Shown here piece after piece: positions 1 to 8,824 of a stretch of 64,000 bases of DNA (positions are counted from its first letter, which is position 1; each line of letters opens with the position of its first letter). The notes beneath the pieces are model-generated. The model searched no databases and had not been told where the DNA came from. It was given only the letters and a program-made list of their open reading frames with translations. The stretch is from Truepera sp. (GTDB lineage: Bacteria; Deinococcota; Deinococci; Deinococcales; Trueperaceae): NCBI GenBank assembly GCA_965218435.1, contig CBDCKW010000009.1, forward strand, positions 2,048,001 through 2,112,000, read 5' to 3'. The translations under genes and the position numbers were made by a program.

Positions 1-413
1 TGCACGAAACTGCCCACGTCGTCGGCTACGCCGGGGAAGCCGAAGCCGACTTCATAGCGGCGCTCGCCGGTCTCACCTCAAGCAACCGGTCGGTACGTTA
101 CGGTGCGGCGCTGCTCGTCTTTTTACGGGCCGGTCAGGTTTTGCCGCCTGAACGTTACGCGGCCCTCTTTAAGACGCTCCCCGCCAAGGCCCAAGCCGAC
201 ATCACCGCCTACAGCCTCGCTTACCAGCGTTACAGCGCCCCTAACCTCGTGACTATGCTGCAGGCGCGTTTTTACGATACTTACCTCCGCACGCAGCGTG
301 TCGGGGCCGGCATCGCCGACTACGACCGCGCCCTCACGCTGCTGCTCGCAGCCAAACGAGACGGACGGTTGACCTTTGAGCAGGGAGAAGTTCGCTTTAA
401 CTTCCTCCAATAG
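1..413 (+). CDS. DUF3810-like zincin-type protein, 5'-truncated by the window
   Basis: Frame open from base 3: HETAH..GYAGEAEADF (HExxH motif), C-terminal YDTYLR...GIADY. Confidence 0.7.
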   Translation, partial: HETAHVVGYAGEAEADFIAALAGLTSSNRSVRYGAALLVFLRAGQVLPPERYAALFKTLPAKAQADITAYSLAYQRYSAPNLVTMLQARFYDTYLRTQRVGAGIADYDRALTLLLAAKRDGRLTFEQGEVRFNFLQ

Positions 414-542
414 CCTCGCAAGCAGCTGCCATCTCACGCACCGTAGCAAGAAGCACTACCGCTTCCGAGCCCCATAACGCTCATGTCCGAAGATGCTACG
501 TTTGGCGTGAACGACCGCATAACGTTTAGAAAAGAGGGTACA

Positions 543-890
543 GTGCGACAAGCTCACCTCAGCGGTTACCTACTCCTTATTACCGGCTCACTCCACACTC
601 TGCTTGGCGTTGTAAGGGGCTATTCGCAGCTCCTCGAGATGACGCGAGCAGGCCTTGTCGGTACCGGCAACGTCTCAACCGAGCGGGCGCTTACTCTTTG
701 GTTTCTCATTGCAGGGGTCGGCATTATTTTGATGGGTTTACTGGCACTAGGCTACCAAGAACCGCTGCCCGCTGGTTTTGGTTGGGGACTGCTGGCGCTG
801 TCTCTATTAGGTGTATTGCCTTTTCCAACTTCCGGATTTTGGCTACTGATCCCTCAAGCATTATTTGTCCTCGTTGTTGCATACCGCTAA
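543..890 (+). CDS. Small membrane protein (DUF6463-like)
   Basis: Hydrophobic segments LHTLLG, LWFLIAG, SGFWLLIPQA; GTG at 543 after GAGGG. Confidence 0.6.
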   Translation: MRQAHLSGYLLLITGSLHTLLGVVRGYSQLLEMTRAGLVGTGNVSTERALTLWFLIAGVGIILMGLLALGYQEPLPAGFGWGLLALSLLGVLPFPTSGFWLLIPQALFVLVVAYR

Positions 891-1042
891 ACGTTGCTAG
901 ATTGGGCTACGACAAACGGGCCGGGTTAAAGTGGCTATGTGCCACCTTCCAGCCCTGCATCTCCTAGCTTTAGACCTGAATATTATGTTTTGACGTCAAT
1001 ATTTCGTTATCTGGTCAAATGCCTATCCGAGGCTTGTTCCCT

Positions 1043-2152
1043 ATGACCCGGTTGACGGGAAAGCTGGTTACGCCACAGGGAATCAGAGAGGGGAGGCTCG
1101 AGTTCAGCACTGCCATCACCTCAGTTACCTATACCGGAGGCAGAGAAGACAGCCCCTACATCCTCCCCGGGTTTATTGACACGCACGTTCACGGCGGCGG
1201 CGGCGGCGACACGATGGACGGAGCCGAGGGCGTCCGTGCGCTCGCCCGGTTTCACGTGCAGTACGGCACTACGACGCTCTACCCGACGACGATTACCAAT
1301 CCTTGGGACAAGATTATCGGGGCGCTAGGCGGCGTTAAAGAAGTCCAAGCTGAGGCTGACCCGACGCTTCCCGACATTCCCGGTGTCCATTTAGAAGGCC
1401 CGTTTATCAGTCCCGAACGGCTCGGCGCACAACCGCCGTTGACGCTCCTCCCCACCCCCGCGCACTTGGGCGAGCTGTTGGCGCTGGATATAATTCGCCT
1501 CGTAACCCTCGCTCCCGAAATCGCGGGCGTCACCGAGGCCGCCGAACGTTTTGCTCAGGCGGGCGTCCGGGTCAGCGTCGGGCACTCTGTTGCAGATTAC
1601 GAAACGGTTAGGGCGTTCGCCGAAACAGTTAGAAAGGCAGGCGGCACCGTTGGCTTTACCCATCTTTACAACGCGATGGGCGGCCTTCGGGGGCGCGAAC
1701 CCGGTATCGTCGGCGCAGCCCTCGCCGACCGTGATGCCTACAGCGAACTGATTTTAGATTTGCGGCACGTCCATTCAGGCAGTTTTTTGGCGGCGCTTCA
1801 GGCCAAACCCGAGCGGCTTCACCTGATGACCGACTGTATCCGTGCAGGCGGCTTGGGCGACGGTGAAACCGAACTCGGCGGGCAGCGGGTCAGCGTGCAA
1901 AACGGCGCGGCGACCCTCCCGGACGGAACCATCGCGGGCAGCACCATGACGCTCGAGCGGGCGCTACGCAACGCCGTTGCTTTGGGGGTAGGGTTGGAGC
2001 AGACCAGCCGGATGCTTTCAGAGATTCCCGCACGTTATCTGGGTTTGACCGACCGGGGCAGCTTGGCGGAAGGTCAACGCGCCGACGTGGTGGTTTTAGA
2101 CCGTGACTTACAGGTACAGGCGGTGTATGTTGCAGGCCGACAGGTTGGGTAA
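1043..2152 (+). CDS. nagA: N-acetylglucosamine-6-phosphate deacetylase
   Basis: PGFIDTHVHGGGG, GVHLEGPFI, VTLAPE, THLYNAM, IAGS motifs; upstream ATG at 1019 is an alternative start. Confidence 0.93.
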   Translation: MTRLTGKLVTPQGIREGRLEFSTAITSVTYTGGREDSPYILPGFIDTHVHGGGGGDTMDGAEGVRALARFHVQYGTTTLYPTTITNPWDKIIGALGGVKEVQAEADPTLPDIPGVHLEGPFISPERLGAQPPLTLLPTPAHLGELLALDIIRLVTLAPEIAGVTEAAERFAQAGVRVSVGHSVADYETVRAFAETVRKAGGTVGFTHLYNAMGGLRGREPGIVGAALADRDAYSELILDLRHVHSGSFLAALQAKPERLHLMTDCIRAGGLGDGETELGGQRVSVQNGAATLPDGTIAGSTMTLERALRNAVALGVGLEQTSRMLSEIPARYLGLTDRGSLAEGQRADVVVLDRDLQVQAVYVAGRQVG

Positions 2153-2324
2153 CCTGATGTACGACTTAAGCGTACAGCTAAACCTCTTTGCGAAACATCT
2201 GGTTGGTAGCCGGTTCGTAGCCCGTAGCGCCGTAAAACTCGTGTGCGTCCAGCCAGTGTAAGCCTGAGCGCAGGCGCAGCTCGAGGTAACCGTGCGCCGC
2301 CGTCTATTTCTTTACCACCAACAA

Positions 2325-2348
2325 GGCGCAGGTCAACCGTCCTGCGCC
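2325..2348. terminator. Hairpin between convergent genes
   Basis: GGCGCAGG-8nt-CCTGCGCC. Confidence 0.45.
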
Positions 2349-2375
2349 CCGTAACAGCGTGACTGACGGCGAATT

Positions 2376-3395
2376 CTAAAAGGCGAACTGCACCTTCATC
2401 CGCTTGGGGTCACGTTCAGCGAGTTCTAAGCCTCGTTCAAATTCACGGATAGGCAGCGTGTGCGAAACGATGGGGGCTAACGTAAGCGCACCCCCGCGCA
2501 CCAGCGAGATCGCCTCGTGAAACGTTTTGTTGAGCGCAAACGACCCGATAATCTTGAGGTCTTTGCGAAAAACCTCGTAGGGTGAAAACGGAACCCTGGC
2601 CTCAGCCGACGCCACGCCGAACACCCAAACTTTACCCCCCGGTTTGACGTATTCGAAGGTTCCTTCAATGACTTTAGGAACGCCCGTCGCGTCTGCAACA
2701 ACGTCAAACCCATAAGGCGCAATGTCTTTAACAGCGTCTTTAAGCGTCTGCGGCGTAAGCTCGTCTGCTGACAACGTAGTTGCGCCGAGCCCTGCGGCAA
2801 TCTTAAGCCGCCACGGTTCTTTGTCTACCACGACCACGGACGCTGCGCCGGAACGCAGCACCGCTTGCAGCATCAAGATACCCATCGGCCCAGCCCCGAA
2901 GATCAGCATGGTGTTACCGGCCTGCAGTTGCACCTGTTTAAGGCCCCAGACGACACACGCGAGCGGTTCCAACAAGGCCGCTTCTGCAAACGGTATGTCG
3001 CCGACGCTGTAAACGGCGCTTTCGGGGACGGAGACGTAGCGAGAGAACGCGCCGCTCCGCGTGACCCCGACGACCTCCAAGTTCAAACACTGATTAAACT
3101 GCCGCTGCTGACAAAAGACGCAGTGGTAACAGGGCAAATTCGGGTCGGCGGTGACGCGGTCGCCTACAGAGAAGGTTTGTACTCGCTCGCCGATAGCGGC
3201 AACGACGCCGCTAAACTCGTGTCCCGGTACGACCGGATACAGGGCGAGCGCGTAAGAGCCGTGCCAGATATGTAGGTCAGTCCCGCAAATCCCAGCGTTT
3301 TTAACCTCGATCAGAACTTCAAAAGGACCGACGTTCGGTTCAGCGGTTTCTAAGACAGCGGTCTCGAGCGGTGAGCGAATTTGCGCAGCGATCAC
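2376..3395 (-). CDS. Zn-dependent (MDR) polyol/sugar-alcohol dehydrogenase
   Basis: GICGTD, GHEFSG, CxxCxxC...C structural Zn site, GAGPMG; last gene of the ABC operon. Confidence 0.88.
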   Translation of the reverse strand: MIAAQIRSPLETAVLETAEPNVGPFEVLIEVKNAGICGTDLHIWHGSYALALYPVVPGHEFSGVVAAIGERVQTFSVGDRVTADPNLPCYHCVFCQQRQFNQCLNLEVVGVTRSGAFSRYVSVPESAVYSVGDIPFAEAALLEPLACVVWGLKQVQLQAGNTMLIFGAGPMGILMLQAVLRSGAASVVVVDKEPWRLKIAAGLGATTLSADELTPQTLKDAVKDIAPYGFDVVADATGVPKVIEGTFEYVKPGGKVWVFGVASAEARVPFSPYEVFRKDLKIIGSFALNKTFHEAISLVRGGALTLAPIVSHTLPIREFERGLELAERDPKRMKVQFAF

Positions 3396-3408
3396 CTAAA
3401 AACTCCCA

Positions 3409-4239
3409 CTATTTAATAGCGCCCATCGTCAGACCGGTGACGAGCTGACGCTGCGCAATCCAACCGGCGAGCAGCACCGGAATCACGGCCGCCGTTGCCG
3501 CCGCCGACATCTTGGCGATAAAAAGGTTGCCCTGCGCCGCCTTAAAGGTTGAGACGTAGACTGAGAGCGGCGAGGCGTTACGTGAGGTCAGGTTGACGGC
3601 TAAAAAGAACTCGTTCCAGGTAAAAATCATCGCTAGCAGGGCGGTCGCGGCGAGACCGGGGATCAGGAGCGGCATAATCACGCGCATAAACTCTTGCCAC
3701 AAATTTGCGCCGTCTAAGCGCGCCGCCTCGACGACCTCGTAAGGAACCTCTAACATAAACGAGCGCATCATCCACACCACCAAGGGGAAGTTCATCCCGG
3801 CGTAGAGGATAATTAAGCCCAAGTGCGTATCAAGTAAACCCAGTTTCAAAAACAAGACGTATAAGGGCACAATCACTCCAGCGGGCGGTAGCATTCTAGT
3901 TGACATCATCCACAGCAGCGACGAATCAGTTCGCTTGGTCTGATAAAACGCCATCGCGTACGCGGTCGGTACCCCTAAGAGGAGAGAGAGCAAAATGGCG
4001 AAAAAGGTGATGATGACGGTGTTCCATAAGTACTCTAAAAAGGGCGAATTAAAGAGCGCGATCCGCCAGTTCTCGAGCGTCGGCTGAAAAAAGAACTGCG
4101 GCGGAAAGGTGATCGCCATCTGCTCGGTCTTAAACGAGGTCAAGACCATCCAGAGAATAGGGAAAAACATAGCGAGTGCAAGCAGCAGCGTAAAGATCGA
4201 CAAGAGCGTCCCGCCGAGTTTTGAGCTTCCGGGTCTCAT
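3409..4239 (-). CDS. Polyol/sugar ABC permease (SmoG/MtlG-like)
   Basis: EAARLDGA loop, WNEFF, GLTMGAIK terminus. Confidence 0.9.
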   Translation of the reverse strand: MRPGSSKLGGTLLSIFTLLLALAMFFPILWMVLTSFKTEQMAITFPPQFFFQPTLENWRIALFNSPFLEYLWNTVIITFFAILLSLLLGVPTAYAMAFYQTKRTDSSLLWMMSTRMLPPAGVIVPLYVLFLKLGLLDTHLGLIILYAGMNFPLVVWMMRSFMLEVPYEVVEAARLDGANLWQEFMRVIMPLLIPGLAATALLAMIFTWNEFFLAVNLTSRNASPLSVYVSTFKAAQGNLFIAKMSAAATAAVIPVLLAGWIAQRQLVTGLTMGAIK

Positions 4240-5171
4240 AAGTTCACCTCACCTGAAGTAGAGTTGCGCCGCAGCACACGTAAAAAGAGAACGATCACGA
4301 TGTTGGCTAAGATGACGGCGAAGATACCGTAGGCGCTCGCCCGGCCGACGTTTTGCCTCGAGAAGGCTTCTAAAAAAATCTGGTATGGCAAGTTGGTCGT
4401 CTGGATGCCCGGTCCACCGGCGGTAGTGACAAAGATGGTCCCGAACTCACTCAAGATAAAGATGGTTTCTAACAGCAGCGCGATCTCAACAAACTGCCTG
4501 AGGTGCGGCAAGATAATGTGGCGAAACATCGCAAAGCCGCTTGCGCCGTCGATCCGGGCGGCCTCGGTCGTCGAATCGGGCAGTGACTGCAGGCCAGCGA
4601 GCAAAATGAGCATCACAAAAGGAATCCACTGCCACGACACGATAGCGATCACCGTCGGCAGCGGAAACGCCTGCAACGCGTAAAAGTCACGAATACCAAA
4701 AAAGCGCAAGTAGTACGAGAAAAAGCCGAACGAAGGGTCTAACAAGACGTTTTTCCATAAAACGGCGGCGGCGACCGGCATCATCAAAAAGGGCGAGATA
4801 AGGAGCGTTCGGGCGATAGCACGCCCCGGAAAAGGCCGGTTAAGTAGAAGCGCGAACGCCAGACCCCCGAGAAAGGTAATGACAACTACTGAAACCGTCA
4901 AGATGACGGTATTGAGGATAACGATAAAGAAGTCTTGGTTGGTTAGAATACGCGAATAGTTACGCCATAACCGGTCCCAACCGATAAAGCCGCTCGAGCT
5001 CGGGCGCAGCAAGTTCCAGTTGGTAAACGAAAACCAGATGGCAAAGACGAACGGAACTTGGGTGACAATAATAAGAAATAACAGCCCGGGAGCTGAGAGG
5101 AACTTACGGTTTTCTCCGCTCGTTGCCTTTGACTCCGTAGACTCTTGCGGGGTTATAGCCTGACTCGCCAT
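4236..5171 (-). CDS. Polyol/sugar ABC permease (SmoF/MtlF-like)
   Basis: WQWIPFVMLILLAGLQSL, EAARIDGA, TAGGPG. Confidence 0.9.
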   Translation of the reverse strand: MASQAITPQESTESKATSGENRKFLSAPGLLFLIIVTQVPFVFAIWFSFTNWNLLRPSSSGFIGWDRLWRNYSRILTNQDFFIVILNTVILTVSVVVITFLGGLAFALLLNRPFPGRAIARTLLISPFLMMPVAAAVLWKNVLLDPSFGFFSYYLRFFGIRDFYALQAFPLPTVIAIVSWQWIPFVMLILLAGLQSLPDSTTEAARIDGASGFAMFRHIILPHLRQFVEIALLLETIFILSEFGTIFVTTAGGPGIQTTNLPYQIFLEAFSRQNVGRASAYGIFAVILANIVIVLFLRVLRRNSTSGEVNL

Positions 5172-5358
5172 AACTGCCTCCTACAGGCGTAGCTACCACA
5201 AAAGGTAGCTCTAAGCTTGGTTAATCTAATACCTAATCCAAAAAGTGTGGGATAAACCCCCCGCTCTCGGCGCGGTTTAGATTACAAGTACTGGTCGTAG
5301 CAGCTTAGCAGCAGCTGCTGTCAACCGCCGCTGTCAACCGGACAGCCAAAAAACAGCT

Positions 5359-5388
5359 AAAAAGGGTGGAGTTCAAAACCCCACCCTC
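5359..5388 (-). terminator. Intrinsic terminator/stabilising hairpin after the binding-protein gene
   Basis: Minus strand AGGGTGG-loop-CCACCCT followed by a T run. Confidence 0.6.
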
Positions 5389-5414
5389 GTTACTGCTAGA
5401 CGTGGGCGACCGGC

Positions 5415-6728
5415 TTAGTAGTAACCGGCGTCAATCATCGCGTTGTCCGCGACGTCTTGGGCGCGGGCGAGACCGGCGTCAACGCTGGTACCGCCGGAGA
5501 GAATTTCTGAAACGATCTGCGCGACGTCGTTACCGATCCCCTGGAATTCAGGAATCTGGACGAACTGAACGCCGGGAGCAACTTGCGGCTGCTCGGTCGA
5601 ATCGTTGGGGTTGGCGTCTTCGATGGACTTAAGGACGAGCGGCGCAAAAGGTGCGGCTTTGGTGTAGTTGGAGTTTTTATAGGTCGAGGTGCGGGTACCG
5701 GGAGGCACAGCGGCCCAGCCTTTATTTTTGGCGACCAACTCGATGTAGTCTTTCGAGGTTGCCCAGGCGACGAACTTGGCGGCGGCTTCTTGCTTCTGGC
5801 TCGAGCTCGGAATCCCTAAGTTCCATGACCAGAGCCACGCGTTACCTTTCTTAACGGGGCCGACCGGGGCGAGCGCGTAGGCCATGTTGGGACCTTCGTC
5901 GGTACCGGCTAAAAAGCCTGCGGCAACCGTTGCGTCAACCCACATCGCGGCCTGACCCGTTGACATCAGCTGCAGCGCCTCGGGGAAGCTGATACCGGTG
6001 ACTCCGGGAGGGCCACACTTGTTGACCAGGTTGCTATAAAAGCTAATTGCATCTTTCCAGGCTTGGGTGTCAAGCTGCGGGTGCCCTTCGGCGTCGAACC
6101 ACTGACCACCGTAGGTGTTGACGACGGTGGTAATCGGAGCCATATTGTCGCCCCAACCGGGTTTGCCGCGGAGCACGATTCCGGCGACACCGTTTTTGGG
6201 ATCGTTGAGTTTACAAGCAAACTCTTGAATCTGTTCCCAGGTCGGCTGCTCGGGCATGGTTAAACCGGCGGCGTCAAAGAGCTTTTTGTTGTACATCGTA
6301 AAGCTCGACTCGCCGTAAAAGGGCAGCGCGTAGAGTTCACCGTCGTAAGAGTTAATCGCGGTAATAGCCGGAAGCAGGTCGGCCTGATCATAGTTGGCGA
6401 AGGTGTCGGGGTACTGCTGCGCCAATGAGTCAACTGAGACGATCCAGCCGTTGGCGGCCCAGAGTGGGGTCTCGTAGGCACCGACGGTCACCACGTCAAA
6501 CGAGCCGCTACCGGTGGCAACGTCGGTCGTAAGGCGGCTGCGGAGCGTCCCTTCGTCTAAAAAGAGCCACTCGAGCTTGATGTCGGGGTTTTGCTTTTCA
6601 AAGTTGGTTGACAGTTCTTGCATCGTCACCATGTCGGGGTTGTTGACCGACGCGATGGTCAGCGTGGTCTGGGCTGAAGCGCCGGCTGCTAACAGCAGCG
6701 CAACGGTTCCTATAAGCAGTTTTTTCAT
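5415..6728 (-). CDS. Polyol ABC substrate-binding protein (SmoE/MtlE-like)
   Basis: Signal peptide, TLTIASVNNPDM, PFYGESS, LRGKPGWG, WLWSW, PPGTR. Confidence 0.9.
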   Translation of the reverse strand: MKKLLIGTVALLLAAGASAQTTLTIASVNNPDMVTMQELSTNFEKQNPDIKLEWLFLDEGTLRSRLTTDVATGSGSFDVVTVGAYETPLWAANGWIVSVDSLAQQYPDTFANYDQADLLPAITAINSYDGELYALPFYGESSFTMYNKKLFDAAGLTMPEQPTWEQIQEFACKLNDPKNGVAGIVLRGKPGWGDNMAPITTVVNTYGGQWFDAEGHPQLDTQAWKDAISFYSNLVNKCGPPGVTGISFPEALQLMSTGQAAMWVDATVAAGFLAGTDEGPNMAYALAPVGPVKKGNAWLWSWNLGIPSSSQKQEAAAKFVAWATSKDYIELVAKNKGWAAVPPGTRTSTYKNSNYTKAAPFAPLVLKSIEDANPNDSTEQPQVAPGVQFVQIPEFQGIGNDVAQIVSEILSGGTSVDAGLARAQDVADNAMIDAGYY

Positions 6729-7029
6729 TTAGTCTCCTAAACCTGTCTTCTTCAACCGGGGGGCATAAAGCAGTTCGGGCGTACGCGTAACTCGGCCTTT
6801 AGGCCAGCCTCCTTTCGATGTGCAAACGTTAGACATAAACAGCTTACGCCTATGACGCTTGCTTTTCCGCAATGGTCTCGTGGCCATTACGATAGTACAG
6901 CCTTTGGGGATTTGTCAAGTAGGCACCCTATATACGCTCTGGCTCATTACGGGGACAAAAGCTCGGGTCAGAGACCAAGGCTCAGGCAGGGTTAATCTCG
7001 GCAGGGGTAAAACCGGCGACGCTCACTGT

Positions 7030-7473
7030 AAGAGGACATGGGCACAGGTCGAAAGTAACTACAAGTTCCAAGCGCCTAAGACCAAAAGGAGCCGCCGTAA
7101 CCTCGAGCTACCCGAACTTGTAAAGCTTTCGCTCGAGCATAAAGCATTGCAACCTGTGGAGAGTGAGCTGATCTTCTCGACTGTAGACGGCACACCCTTA
7201 AGCGAGCGTAACGTCATCGTCCGGCACTTCAAACCGCTCTTAAAGGCCGCTGAGTTGCCTGACGCCTTTATAACTTGCGCCATACTCACGCGACGCTCTT
7301 AACTTATCGTCGGGACAAAGCCCAAAATCGCCAGCGAACGCTTGGGACACTCGAGCATCACCCTGACTTTGGACACCTACAGCCACGTACTACCGGGTAT
7401 GCAGCGCAAATCAGCGAGCAAACTTAACACCATGCTCTTTAATGATGCGGCAGAGGTTAGACCGTACAACTAA
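7030..7473 (+). pseudogene. Frameshifted C-terminal remnant of a tyrosine integrase
   Basis: Across two frameshifts: PKTKRSRR...LIFST..GTP...LRHTHATLL...ERLGHSSITLTLDTYSHVLPGMQ; N-terminus missing. Confidence 0.88.
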
Positions 7474-7563
7474 CCTAAAAAATAGACCGGCACATATGTG
7501 GCACACGCACACGAAAAAAGCACAGCCCGAATCCTCAGGCTGCGCCTCTCTTTTACGTCCCTC

Positions 7564-7620
7564 ACGGCTTTTCTTTGGTAGCGATGAAGAGACTTGAACT
7601 CTTGACCTCACGATTATGAG
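7564..7620. repeat. att site: displaced 3' part of tRNA(CAT), 57-bp direct repeat of 21208-21264
   Basis: acggcttttctttggtagcgatg...cacgattatgag identical at both ends; identity stops at the anticodon loop. Confidence 0.95.
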
Positions 7621-7744
7621 AAGTATATGAGCCCTAATGTATCGCACCATGCTCTGATGGGCTGTGATAGAAAGCCCGTTATAGGCGCATTTCTACCCTT
7701 TGCTCTGCCTCTCGTTCAATGTCTCATCACGCTAGGTAACGCGG

Positions 7745-7779
7745 CTGTAGGTGTAAATAATGTGTAACTCAGGTGCAGG
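7745..7779 (+). repeat. Putative integrase arm-type sites (left end)
   Basis: ctgtAGGTGTAAataATGTGTAActcAGGTGCAg; matches 21129-21154. Confidence 0.65.
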
Positions 7780-7853
7780 CTTTGGGGGGCGTTTACCCCG
7801 TTATGGACGCCGAGGCCATCACAAAACGTAGCGAAACATGGTAAAATTAGAGC

Positions 7854-8354
7854 ATGACGGCGGCGATACCTTACGACGAACTTACGCTTGACGAACTGCT
7901 CGAGCGTGTTGAGCGTATCGTCAGCCGCGCTGAACGGACGCTTACGAAGGGTAAGCCCCGCCGTCTATCCGCCGCCGAACTTGAGCGGGAAAACCGGATG
8001 CGTTCCGTGGTTTTTTGTGCCCCCAAGAATCTTTACTCAAAACGCTGGCAGTCTACTAGCAACTGGCAGGCTTCACTGCCTTCAGCCCTCGGCAGTTTGG
8101 GGACGATAAGGAACATGCGTAAGCTGAACCGCGCGGTTTTTGAGCTTACGCGCATGTTCGCTTGTTCAATACCAAAGGCGCTGTTACAAAAAGTTTTCGC
8201 GCTCATCTTATCGCTCGTTTTTGGTATTGGACTTGAGGACGATACCCCGGAACTGCCTGACGAGCACCGTGATATTGACGTTACACCGCGCCCCGAACCG
8301 CCGTTAAGCAGAATTCCTAAAGCTTTACCTAACGCTCCAAACGCACTGATTTAA
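7854..8354 (+). CDS. Hypothetical protein, first gene of the element
   Basis: 166-aa ORF; extended -10 TGgTAAAAT 6 nt before ATG (leaderless). Confidence 0.6.
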   Translation: MTAAIPYDELTLDELLERVERIVSRAERTLTKGKPRRLSAAELERENRMRSVVFCAPKNLYSKRWQSTSNWQASLPSALGSLGTIRNMRKLNRAVFELTRMFACSIPKALLQKVFALILSLVFGIGLEDDTPELPDEHRDIDVTPRPEPPLSRIPKALPNAPNALI

Positions 8355-8409
8355 GTTTGCGCAGGTCACACCTGCTGGCTTAAATCTCTACCGTGATTTA
8401 TAAATCACG
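8348..8409. promoter_or_regulatory. Hairpin plus perfect 18-bp palindrome upstream of the xis-like gene
   Basis: GATTTAAG..GCAGGT-cac-ACCTGC..CTTAAATC and CGTGATTTATAAATCACG (8392-8409). Confidence 0.55.
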
Positions 8410-8426
8410 TGCGTTTGGAGTTTTTT

Positions 8427-8630
8427 ATGACAATGGAACCGAAGGGCTCGAGCCCTTTTTACAGTTATCCCGAGCTTTGGGAAGCGAACGAGAAAAAAAT
8501 CGGCATCAACACGCTGAGGGCTTGGGGACGTTCAAAGAAGCTGAAGACCGTAAGGGTCGGCAGAAAAATCCTAGTGCCCAAAAGCGAACTTGACCGCCTT
8601 GTGGAAATCGCCGGAGGCGACGACTTATGA
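8427..8630 (+). CDS. Excisionase/MerR-like winged-HTH protein
   Basis: IGINTLRAW...LKTVRVGRKILVPKSELDRL; GGAG RBS. Confidence 0.8.
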   Translation: MTMEPKGSSPFYSYPELWEANEKKIGINTLRAWGRSKKLKTVRVGRKILVPKSELDRLVEIAGGDDL

Positions 8631-8824
8631 AAAATCCCCATCTCGGGCAAGATGGGGACGCGGCGATTCGTAAGGAAAGTTTATCACAAGTCGTTATCTG
8701 CCCCTTTGCTCCCGAATGCTTAAAAAAATGGATTCACCTTGTCGGTACAGAAACGGCAGACTGCCAAAACTTCAGCCGTGCAGACATGGCGAGGATTTTG
8801 GCGGGGGTCGCTGGTGGACGCTAA
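8627..8824 (+). CDS. Small hypothetical protein
   Basis: ATGA overlap with the upstream gene; overlaps the primase start. Confidence 0.5.
   Translation: MKNPHLGQDGDAAIRKESLSQVVICPFAPECLKKWIHLVGTETADCQNFSRADMARILAGVAGGR

Noticed and set aside
6818..6836. LacI-like operator ATGTGCAAACGTTAGACAT
   Set aside because: Symmetry is imperfect and no cognate regulator is in the window
6859..7302. 147-aa ORF as an intact gene
   Set aside because: Chimera of intergenic DNA and the frameshifted integrase remnant
7411..7650. Similar minus-strand ORFs here and at 21019-21255
   Set aside because: Shared peptide is just the tRNA/att repeat translated
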